From: an uncultured Cytophagales bacterium
GTDB taxonomy: Bacteria; Bacteroidota; Bacteroidia; Cytophagales; Flammeovirgaceae
Assembly: GCA_963729615.1 (NCBI GenBank)
Contig: CAVSOI010000012.1
Span: forward strand, 457,236 to 521,235
Reading direction: 5' to 3'
Length of the DNA stretch: 64,000 nucleotides
Shown: positions 21,880 to 30,908 of the stretch, one piece after another
Position numbering within the stretch: the stretch's first letter is position 1
How the letters are laid out: each line of letters opens with the position of its first letter
Notes under the pieces: generated by a model
The model's database searches: none
Told to the model about the DNA's origin: nothing
What the model saw: the letters and a program-made list of their open reading frames with translations, nothing else
Translations under genes and position numbers: made by a program

Positions 21880-22059
21880 GGAGTCAGTTAAGTTTGTAAG
21901 GCTAAAACCAGTTTAGTTATGAATAGTTATGTATTGGCTTCCGAATTTATTCGCATTTGTACCCACAACAGTTCATTATTCTTACTTTTGCGAATAAGTA
22001 GAATCTTATCAAATTTAATTTATGTTTGGAAACAATTTAGCTTAGGCAATACTTTCTAA

Positions 22060-22322
22060 GGAACGGGAATTAAATAAGGTGCTATTTTATTGCAGTTTAT
22101 TTTTGAGGTCGGGTCGGGCCACGTTGGCCACGCTGGCTAGTTTAGCCGTTCCCGGCCGGGACAAAAATTGTAGCCGTAGTGGAACTAGCATAGCACTAGA
22201 ACGCCAGTCCGATGGAACGCCAGTCCGATGGAACGTCAGTCCGATGGAACGCCAGTCCGACACTATGGCGAAATTTTTAACGACAAATAGACAGCGTGTC
22301 CCAGACCAAAAATAAGCAATAG
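22060..22322 (+). repeat. Repeat family A, copy 3 (longest), with an internal 16-nt tandem (GAACGCCAGTCCGATG) x about 4 at 22199-22261
   Basis: Same termini as copy 1. The internal tandem copy number differs between copies: 1 at 15100, 2 at 24900, 4 here. Confidence 0.85.
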
Positions 22323-22507
22323 AAAATGTGCATTTATTTATTTTCCGTTCCTAAAATAGTATTCTGGATTTTTAGGCAGATTGTGATTGAATTTGCTCAG
22401 AATAAGTACAAAATAGAAAGTCGGATGGTTGATGTCATAGCAAATTACGCATTGAAAATCAGCACCTTATAAAACATAAGTAGTTACGATAATTTTGTTT
22501 GATTACT

Positions 22508-22515
22508 TAGCTTTG
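22508..22515 (+). promoter_or_regulatory. Candidate -7 element TAGCTTTG upstream of the GH3 gene
   Basis: Matches the TAnnTTTG consensus about 27 nt upstream of the ATG at 22542. Confidence 0.25.
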
Positions 22516-22541
22516 TTGAAATTGTAACTTTTTTTTGGAGA

Positions 22542-24056
22542 ATGGAAGAAATCGTAAACAGCATCGCCACTTGGATTTTCAGCAAGCGGATGAACCAGAT
22601 TGAACAATTCATGCTCAAACCGCATGAAACTCAGGAAACTGTTTTCAAAAAGTTGTTGGAGACAGCAAAACCCACCGAATGGGGAAAAAAATATGGCTAT
22701 GGGCAAATCAAAAACCATGAGCAGTTTAAGCAACAAGTCCCAATTTCCACTTACGAAGATTTATTCCCCTACATTGAGCGCACCATGAAAGGCGAGCAGA
22801 ATTTGCTTTGGCCTACGGAAATAAAATGGTTTTCCAAATCTTCTGGCACCACCAACGCCCGAAGCAAATTCATTCCCATGTCTAAAGAATCCATTGACGA
22901 TTGCCACCTGAAAGGCGGAAAAGACATGGTTTCAGTTTATGTAAATCAGTTCCCCGAAACCAAATTTACCACAGGCAAAAACCTGGGAATTGGTGGGAGT
23001 TACCAAGTCAGCGAGCAGAATCCGCACATGTATTACGGAGATATTTCGGCAGTGCTGATGAAGCATTTGCCATTTTGGGCTGGCTTCAAACGTGCGCCCG
23101 AATTGGATATTGCCCTCATGAGCCAATGGGAAGAGAAAATTGAGAAAATGGCTCGTGCTACCATGAAAGAGAACATCACAACCATCGCAGGTGTGCCGAC
23201 CTGGACAATCGTTTTGCTAGAGCGGATTTTGGAACTGACAGGCAAGAAAAATATCAAAGAGGTTTGGCCCAATTTAGAGCTTTTCACACATGGCGCAGTA
23301 GCTTTTGGTCCTTATCAAGAAACCTTCGATAAGCTGATTGACCCAAATGGAATGCACTACATGGAAATCTACAATGCCTCGGAAGGATTTTTTGGCATGC
23401 AAGACCAAAAGCACAGCAAAGACATGTTGCTGATGCTGGATTATGGCATTTTCTATGAGTTCGTTCCCATGAGCGAATGGGGAAAAGATAACCCGAAAAC
23501 AATTGGTTTGGATGAAGTAGAACTTGATACAAATTATGCACTCATTATTTCCACCAATGGCGGTTTGTGGCGTTATGCCATTGGAGACACAATTAAGTTT
23601 ACCTCTAAATTCCCTTACAGAATTAAGATTTCGGGCAGAACCAAGCACTTCATCAATGCTTTTGGCGAGGAAGTAATTATTGAGAATGCCGAAGCAGGAA
23701 TTGCCAAAGCTTGCGAAACAACAGGTGCGCAAATCATCAACTTCACGGCCGCTCCCATCTACTTGGAAGCTGGCAAAAAAGGCGGACACGAGTGGATTAT
23801 CGAATTCCAAAAAGACCCTGACAGCTTAGAAAGATTCACAGAAGCGCTGGACAAAACCATTCGGGAAATTAACTCTGACTACGATGCCAAACGGGAAAAA
23901 GACATTGCCCTGATTGCTCCAACGGTTCACCATGCACCAAAAGGCACTTTCCATAATTGGATGAAGAAAAGAGGTAAATTGGGCGGACAAAACAAAGTCC
24001 CTCGCTTGGCGAATAACCGAGATTTTGTGGAAGATATTTTGGAGATGATTGGGTAG
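22542..24056 (+). CDS. GH3 (auxin-responsive promoter) family adenylating enzyme
   Basis: 504 aa with the GH3 N-terminal pattern ...LKPHETQETVFKKLLETAKPTEWGKKYGY...STYEDLFPYIERTMKGEQNLLWP...SSGTT. Confidence 0.75.
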   Translation: MEEIVNSIATWIFSKRMNQIEQFMLKPHETQETVFKKLLETAKPTEWGKKYGYGQIKNHEQFKQQVPISTYEDLFPYIERTMKGEQNLLWPTEIKWFSKSSGTTNARSKFIPMSKESIDDCHLKGGKDMVSVYVNQFPETKFTTGKNLGIGGSYQVSEQNPHMYYGDISAVLMKHLPFWAGFKRAPELDIALMSQWEEKIEKMARATMKENITTIAGVPTWTIVLLERILELTGKKNIKEVWPNLELFTHGAVAFGPYQETFDKLIDPNGMHYMEIYNASEGFFGMQDQKHSKDMLLMLDYGIFYEFVPMSEWGKDNPKTIGLDEVELDTNYALIISTNGGLWRYAIGDTIKFTSKFPYRIKISGRTKHFINAFGEEVIIENAEAGIAKACETTGAQIINFTAAPIYLEAGKKGGHEWIIEFQKDPDSLERFTEALDKTIREINSDYDAKREKDIALIAPTVHHAPKGTFHNWMKKRGKLGGQNKVPRLANNRDFVEDILEMIG

Positions 24057-24122
24057 TATCAGGTAGCGAGAATCAAGTATCAAGAAAAATATATTTAGAT
24101 TTTAAAATTCAACCAATTTCTC

Positions 24123-24701
24123 ATGTTTCCCTTATCAAAAAAACTGATTCTTGCTTCAAAATCTCCCCGTAGGCAACAGCTTTTGGCCGATTTAGGTTTT
24201 GAGTTTGAGGTGCGATTGAAAGAAGTGGATGAAATTTTTCCCGACCACATTCCCTTGGAAGACGTTGCCGAATATTTGGCAAAACTCAAAGCAGAGGCCT
24301 TCTCTCCCACCCTAGAAGCAGATGAATGTTGCATTACGGCAGATACAGTTGTGCTATCGGAAGGACGAATTTTCGGAAAGGCATTAGATGTAGCCGAAGC
24401 CACGGAAATGTTGCAACTGCTTTCTGGCAAAACCCACAGAGTAATTACAGGCGTGTGTTTGATAACCCCAGCCGAGTCGCACAGCTTTAGTGTAAGCACA
24501 AAAGTTCATTTCCGAACTTTGGAAGATTCCGAAATTGCCTATTACATAGAGCAGTTCCAGCCATTCGACAAAGCGGGAGCTTACGGAATTCAGGAATGGA
24601 TTGGCATGGTGGGAATCGAAAAAATTGAAGGTTCCTACTTCAATGTAGTCGGTTTGCCTACTGAAAAGTTGTTTTTGGAATTGAAAAATTTTCTAGATTA
24701 G
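24123..24701 (+). CDS. maf: Maf-family nucleoside triphosphate pyrophosphatase
   Basis: LILASKSPRRQQLLADLGFEFEV ... GAYGIQE are the Maf signature motifs. Confidence 0.85.
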   Translation: MFPLSKKLILASKSPRRQQLLADLGFEFEVRLKEVDEIFPDHIPLEDVAEYLAKLKAEAFSPTLEADECCITADTVVLSEGRIFGKALDVAEATEMLQLLSGKTHRVITGVCLITPAESHSFSVSTKVHFRTLEDSEIAYYIEQFQPFDKAGAYGIQEWIGMVGIEKIEGSYFNVVGLPTEKLFLELKNFLD

Positions 24702-24834
24702 ATTTAGACGAGAGCCCAAATAACCCAACAGCTAATCAGGGCAACCTCCTCAAAAAAAGGATTCTATCTCGGATTTTATAAAAAAAATAGCCGTTGTTGG
24801 TCTTAGGCATATTAAAGAAATAAACTAAACATTT

Positions 24835-25045
24835 CTCTTGTTTCTTTTTGGTCCGGGGCACGCTGTCTATTCTTCCAGTTCCACTGCGGGTGTAAAAATA
24901 TTAGCCATAGTGTCGGACTGGCGTTCCATCGGACTGGCGACCCAGTGCTATGCCTAATATTTTTGTCCCGGCTGGGAACAGCTAAACTAGCTAGCGTAGC
25001 CCGACCTCAAAAATAAATCGCAATAAATGTCCATTTTATTTCTTT
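24835..25045 (-). repeat. Repeat family A, copy 4 (reverse)
   Basis: ctcttgtttctttttggtccggggcacgctgtc ... cgacctcaaaaataaatcgcaataaatg. Confidence 0.8.
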
Positions 25046-25225
25046 GATATGCCTTAGCAATAGATATCGCAAGTTTTGGTTTAGCTTGATAAATTTTAGT
25101 ATAAAAAGAACGTGCAAAAATAAATAAATTGCGAGACCAACAACTAATTGTCATTGAATAATGATTCAATTAGATTTCAACGGATAAAAAGTGCTTAAAT
25201 TAGATGTGGTTGCCCCCTAACAGCT

Positions 25226-25496
25226 AACCTGAATAATGGGTTTAAAAATCTGATTATCAGCAGGTTAACTGTATTTTTTTAAGTATAGTCAAAAATTAAG
25301 ATTTAATGTATTGCACTATTTTTAGACTTAATTAAAAACTGTATGTCAATATTTTTACTAAATAAAGCAATACTAAGCTGTTGATTAACAGTTACTTAAT
25401 TCATTTTTAATTCTTCATTCTTCATTCTTCATTCTTAATTCTTCATTTCCCCAATCAATAATTGTACTTATCAAATACATAACTCATAATTGGGGT
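25226..25496 (+). repeat. Repeat family B, copy 3, with an expanded (TTCATTC)n tract
   Basis: Same termini. The internal ttcattcttcattcttcattcttaattcttcatt tract is longer than in the other copies. Confidence 0.85.
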
Positions 25497-25498
25497 AG

Positions 25499-26464
25499 CT
25501 AATAATACTTCCCATCCACCAAATAGCTTTTCACATAATCCTCCACGCCATTTTCCAAGGAACGAAATTCTTTGTCGTAGCCGATTTTGCGTAGTTTGCT
25601 CATGTTGGCTTCTGTGAAATATTGGTATTTATCTCGAATATCTTCGGGAGTGTCAATGAAAGGAAATACTTTCAGGCTTGCCCATAGCTTTGAAAGTGGC
25701 ACGAGTCAAATCTAGGAAAGTGCGAGCATTTCCAGTTCCTAAATTATAAATTCCCGAATTTTTTCGATGATTCATCAAAAAGAAAATCACTTCCACCACA
25801 TCTTTCACATATATAAAATCCCGCTTTTGCTCTCCATCTTTGAATTCAGGATTATGAGAGCGGAATAGTTTCATCGCTTCCGTTTTGCCAATTTGATTGA
25901 ACGCATGGAAAATTACGGAAGCCATTCTGCTTTTGTGATATTCATTCGGACCATAAACGTTGAAAAATTTCAATCCGATCCAGAAAAAAGGCTTTTCTTC
26001 TTGTTCCAAAGCCCATTTGTCAAAAATGTTCTTCGATTCTCCGTAAGGGTTTAGCGGTTGGAGTTTGGAAATTGTTTCCTCGGAATCGTCATAGCCAAAT
26101 TCGCCCAAACCGTAAGTGGCTGCTGAAGACGCATAAATCAAAGGAATATGATAGGCGCAACAGGCTTTCCAAATCTGCTTGGAGTAATCCACATTGAGTT
26201 CCTCCAAAAGTTCCCAATCAAATTCGGCAGTATCTGTTCTCGCTCCAATGTGGAAAATGAATTCCACCTCCTTATTGTTTCGCTCCAACCAAGTGAAAAA
26301 CATTTTTCTATCTACAAACTCTTGTATTTTCTTTCCTTCGAGGTTTTTCTGCTTTTGCTCGTTCCGAAATCATCTACGGCAACAATATAATTGAAACCGC
26401 TTTGGTTGAGCCTGCTGATAAGGCAACTGCCAATGAAGCCAGCTGCACCCGTAACTATCATCAT
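25499..26464 (-). CDS. hldD: ADP-L-glycero-D-manno-heptose 6-epimerase (HldD/RfaD), interrupted by two apparent 1-bp indels (about 25690 and about 26350)
   Basis: N-terminus MMIVTGAAGFIGS, central ASSAATYG motif and C-terminus IPFIDTPEDIRDKYQYFTEANMSKLRKIGYD lie in three different frames. At 25690 a T-run (agtatttcc) breaks KPESI/PFIDTPED. Confidence 0.8.
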
Positions 26465-26581
26465 AATTTAGAAAATTTTTCTGTTTGGATTTTGCATCTC
26501 AAAATCATTTCTCTTTCTTCTATCCTTTTTATCATCAAAAGTCCATCTGCGAAAAACAGCATTTCCAAAACGTAGCTTCTG

Positions 26582-26971
26582 TCATCTACTTTTACTAAAA
26601 TGGATTCCCCTTTCTCCTTCCAACTCCCAAGTCCCTTTGGCTTCGGTGGGAATATCTGTCGGCCCTGGGAAAACCTCCCAGAAGTTTCCTTCATTGTCTA
26701 ACCTGAAACCATATCTGCCACGAGCAGGCGGGAATTTGGCGGTGGAAACTTGATATGCTTTTGCTTCATCAGTATCTTTTTCGTACAAATTCAACCAAGT
26801 TTCGCCATAAGCATGTTCCATCAAATCAACCGCCTCCTCGGTGGAATTATCCACCATTTCCATTTTAGAATCGTTGTCGGATTTCATGTCTTCGGCAGTT
26901 TCTTTCTTGCACTTATTTGCCAAAAGTGGCAAAACTAAAAAGAGTATAAATGCTATTTTGGTAATTTTCAT
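26582..26971 (-). CDS. Small lipoprotein (hypothetical)
   Basis: Signal peptide plus lipobox-like MKITKIAFILFLVLPLLANKC. Confidence 0.5.
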   Translation of the reverse strand: MKITKIAFILFLVLPLLANKCKKETAEDMKSDNDSKMEMVDNSTEEAVDLMEHAYGETWLNLYEKDTDEAKAYQVSTAKFPPARGRYGFRLDNEGNFWEVFPGPTDIPTEAKGTWELEGERGIHFSKSR

Positions 26972-27113
26972 AGTATTTGTTTATAATCTTATTTTCTCAA
27001 GCAGTCTTTTTAATATAATTTCAAAGGCAAATAGAGTTTAATCTCTCTATATTTCAATATGAATTGCGCAGAGATTCTCTTAAATCTCATGTCTCATATC
27101 TTACATCTAATTT

Positions 27114-27858
27114 CTAATCTCTCTCAAAAATGGCTTCCATCAATTCTTCAAAGCCAAGTGCCTCCGTGTAGAGTCTATCAGAATAAATACTCGCCATAAA
27201 TTTGAGGTAACTCGGTTTGTTGTCAATCAAAACCTGCTCAACCATAATGTTTCCAAACCGTTGGTTAAACAATTCATTGGTATTTTCTGCATTGATAATT
27301 GGCTTCAAATAATATCTTTCCTTTGTTTCCACATATTTATCTTTGTCGAACAGGCTTCGGTCGGCAGTTGACGAGTTTGTAGCCAAGGTTGAGCGTTTTA
27401 TCTTTCAGCAAATCGAACAGATGCTGAAACTGCCTTTCTCCAATCGCATTCTGATAAGTTAGCGCAAATCCATTCGCAGCGGGCATTTGCAATAAATGAA
27501 CTTGCCATTCCGAGGGCTGTTTGGATTTTTTGAGTTCGTAAGCCTGATAAGTTTTCCCCAGCAGAATTTTATAATCGCCTTTATTCTGCCAAGCGAAATA
27601 GGTTTTCCGCTCATTCTCGCTCCTTTCAATTGGCTCAGTAACAAGCGGTTGGTTGGAGTTGGTGGAACTCTTATTAAAAAGTTGGTCGTATATTTTATCG
27701 AAGAAAGACAAGTGGATTTTTGTGATTTTGGTTCTCTGTAAAAGTAAGCAGTAGAATAATATGAACGAAAAGTGAGTTTTGAAAAACTTGCAAATTCTTT
27801 GAAAATCGAATATTGGCTTACAATCTATATCAAGCTGATTTCGTAAATATCTGCTCAA
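27114..27858 (-). CDS. Hypothetical protein in two overlapping frames (possible indel about 27340-27385); the true N-terminus is uncertain
   Basis: ORFs 27337..27858 and 27114..27386 overlap by 50 nt on the same strand. Both halves have coding-like composition. Confidence 0.3.
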
Positions 27859-28103
27859 AAATATATGTATTCAGTATACGTAAGTAGTCAGGCGAAATTA
27901 TTGCAACATCTTATCTTTTTTAAGATGCTGATTATCAATACGTGATTTACTATGGCATCGGTCATCCGACTTTCTATTAGAGTTTATGAATAGAAGAAAT
28001 AAATTCCCTCGGAGTGGTAAGGTTCTATAATAAATTAGTGTTCATAATCTCTATTTCGTACTTGACTTAGTCAGTCTTTTTTATTATCTCAACCCTCCTT
28101 TCT

Positions 28104-28904
28104 CTAGCCATCAAAATTTCCACTATTCAATAACTCTAAAATCTCTTTATGAATTTGAGCGTTTGTGGATGCCACAATCACTTCGCCTTTTTTGCATTCG
28201 TAAAATTTCCCTCCTTTGAGATTGGTAACTAAACCTCCTGCGCTTTCCACCAAGTGGATTCCCGCACCCAGATCCCACATCTGAGAGTCTTTTGTACCTT
28301 TCGAAATGCAAACATGGTGAATTCCCTCCGCCACACGGGCGAAAGCGTAGGCAATTGAACCTCCTTGACTTATCAATTTCGAGAATTTATCTTCTGTCCA
28401 CCAATCATAAAGTTGCTTGACGAACGGGCTGTAAACTGAGGCAATATGAAAATTGACCAAAGAAAGTGAAAGATTTTTTACCATTCTTCTTGGCAAAGGA
28501 TATTCGTTCATCACAGGCTTTTTCCCCTCGCAGGCCGAATAAAGTTCGCCAGTATATATATTATACACAACACTCACTTTCGGAACTCCTTTTTGGAAAA
28601 GGCTCAGAATGAGTGAGCAAGTTTTCTCTCCATTCAAGTAACTCCAAGTGCCATCAATTGGGTCGCAATACCAAACTAAATCTGCTTCTGGATTGACCGA
28701 ATCGAACTCTTCTCCCACGAAACCACATTCAGGAAACTTGGGAATAATGACTTCCCGAATAGTTTGCTCCACCAATTTGTCTGCTTCAGTTACAGGGCTT
28801 TTGTCTGGCTTCAGTTCAAAACCGTCTAAAGTATGCGCCTGCAATACTTTATGTCCTGCTTTTACAGCTTGCATGCCAACTCTAAGATATTTTTCCCAAT
28901 CCAT
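28104..28904 (-). CDS. Inositol monophosphatase / 3'(2'),5'-bisphosphate nucleotidase family protein
   Basis: Metal-binding motifs EE...DPIDGT...WD...GG are IMPase-family signatures. Confidence 0.8.
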   Translation of the reverse strand: MDWEKYLRVGMQAVKAGHKVLQAHTLDGFELKPDKSPVTEADKLVEQTIREVIIPKFPECGFVGEEFDSVNPEADLVWYCDPIDGTWSYLNGEKTCSLILSLFQKGVPKVSVVYNIYTGELYSACEGKKPVMNEYPLPRRMVKNLSLSLVNFHIASVYSPFVKQLYDWWTEDKFSKLISQGGSIAYAFARVAEGIHHVCISKGTKDSQMWDLGAGIHLVESAGGLVTNLKGGKFYECKKGEVIVASTNAQIHKEILELLNSGNFDG

Positions 28905-29519
28905 TATTGTACTTTTCTGATTCTACCAATAGCAAACTCCAACCAAACAGGTTTTGTGAGTTAAAGCTAGGAAATATTCGCAACAATTTCTGTATTTGAG
29001 AAGGAAAGCCGATAAATCCAATCCTAAAAAAAGTAGGAAAAATAAAAGTTGATTACTCTAAGTTGCTGATAATCAGCAATAATTTGTTTGTTCATAACTT
29101 TAATAGCCCAACGTTCTATATCGAATTTCGGTATAATTGTATATACGAAACGGCAAAACAAGCCCCGCAAAACACTAACAAACTTCTACCCAAACTTATA
29201 AAACTATGACTGTCTTAATCGCACTGATTATTATTCTTAGCCTTTCGCTCCTCAAATTATTAGCTACAATCCATAAAATGGATTCGGTTACGGAAATCAC
29301 ACATCAAACCAATGAATCAGAACAATTCAAAAATTTCCACGCTTGTGGAGATTTGAATTTGAGACAATAGCTTTTCCAATCACACACGCAACAGACCGAA
29401 GTCGTAAATCTGGGGTCTAAAGCAATTATCAATCAACGAAATACTTACTAACAACTCATTTCAAACTCCCCAGTCAGGATTTCACACTTCCCGACTGGGA
29501 ATTATCAAAATCCAAAACC

Positions 29520-29765
29520 ATGAAATTCGCAAACGAATATATTAAGGTAGGCATCATCGGAATTGCCATTAACTCGGCAATAAATGTATTTGTCTATTTG
29601 GCAAAAGGTGTTGAGTTTGGAGATTTCTTCCCGTGCTATCTTATTTGGATTTGTTTTCTGCTGATTGGTTTGGCAGAGAAATTTGGGGGAATGAGCGTTT
29701 TGACGGAAAACCAAGCTTTATCATTAAATCAAATTACCGTTCCACACAAACAAATTAAATCGTAA
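29520..29765 (+). CDS. Small hydrophobic protein (hypothetical)
   Basis: 81 aa with two hydrophobic helices. Sits upstream of the nfeD-like gene. Confidence 0.3.
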   Translation: MKFANEYIKVGIIGIAINSAINVFVYLAKGVEFGDFFPCYLIWICFLLIGLAEKFGGMSVLTENQALSLNQITVPHKQIKS

Positions 29766-29799
29766 TTCGTACCTCTAAAATCGTAACTATTCCCTATTA

Positions 29800-30468
29800 T
29801 TGTTAGAAACAAACCTCATAACCATGTTAGAATTTCTGGAAGCCTCACTTTTGCCCGTCAACCTGCCCTACACCATTCTGATGTTGGTAGTTCTGATTTA
29901 TTGGGTTTCCGTAATTCTAGGCGTGTTGGATTTCGATTTCCTCGATTTCGATGTGGATGTTGACGTGGATTTGGACGTAGATGCCGACATGGATGTTGAC
30001 GCAGGCGGAGGATTTGGATTCTCGCAAGTGCTTTATTTCTTCAACATTGGCTCGTTGCCCTTCATGATTATCCTGAGTTTCTTGGCTTTTTTCATGTGGT
30101 CGGCTTCGGTTTTGGCAAATCATTATGTCGGAAACAGTTCTTGGCTCATTGCCTTAGGCTTATTTGTGCCGATTCTAATAGGAAGTTTGTTCCTAACCAA
30201 ATTCGCCACAATTCCCTTCGTGAAAATGTTTGCCGCCATGGAGCGAGATACAGATATTGAAGTTATTGGCAAAGAATGCGTCCTGATGGAAAGTGCCGAT
30301 TCAGTTCATTTGGCGCACGGAAAAGTTGTGACAGGAAGCGGATTGGTGCAAATGATAAATGTCAGAACCATTGATGAAGGAAAAACAATTCCCAAAGGAA
30401 GCACAGCAATTATTGTGGAGTATGATGAGAAAAGGAAATGTTATTTAATTACGGAAGGAGCTAATTAG
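29800..30468 (+). CDS. NfeD-like membrane protein (flotillin-associated OB-fold protein) with an acidic DFDFLDFDVDVDVDLDVDADMDVD tract
   Basis: N-terminal TM helices, and a C-terminal beta-rich domain ...IEVIGKECVLMESADSVHLAHGKVVTGSGLVQMINVRTIDEGKTIPKGSTAIIVEYD like short NfeD (YuaF-type) proteins. Located immediately upstream of flotillin. Confidence 0.65.
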   Translation: MLETNLITMLEFLEASLLPVNLPYTILMLVVLIYWVSVILGVLDFDFLDFDVDVDVDLDVDADMDVDAGGGFGFSQVLYFFNIGSLPFMIILSFLAFFMWSASVLANHYVGNSSWLIALGLFVPILIGSLFLTKFATIPFVKMFAAMERDTDIEVIGKECVLMESADSVHLAHGKVVTGSGLVQMINVRTIDEGKTIPKGSTAIIVEYDEKRKCYLITEGAN

Positions 30469-30908
30469 TATCAAGTATTTAGGAGCAAGTAGCAAGATAG
30501 AGAAACCCTTACGCCCTTGTTGGTCTTAGCACTTGACATCATACAGGTTTGGTAAAATTTGGAGTTAGCGAAACAGAATAAAAGAACAGTAATCGTAAAA
30601 TTGCGAGACCAACAAGCATTATGGAAATTAAGGTTGTTGGTCTCGCTCAGGAAAGTGGTTTTACAACAAACAATTTTTCAGAAATAAAAGAGTGCTAGGA
30701 ATCTGAAAGCTTTATGAACGGCTAAGCCTCCTTCTAACAACGGCTTTTGGAGAAGAAGAATTCAGGTGTGGATTTAGCAATTCCGAAAATCACTTTAATT
30801 GAACAAAAATAATGTAGATTTGAATGCAGAATTAAGTGCAAGAAATAAAAACAAAATCTATAAATAAAAACAAAATCTAATCATCATTTAAATTAAACTA
30901 TACAAACT

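Noticed and set aside
22079-22315. 78-aa ORF MLFYCSLFLRSGRATLATLASLAVPGRDKNCSRS...
   Set aside because: It lies entirely within repeat family A copy 3, including its 16-nt tandem.
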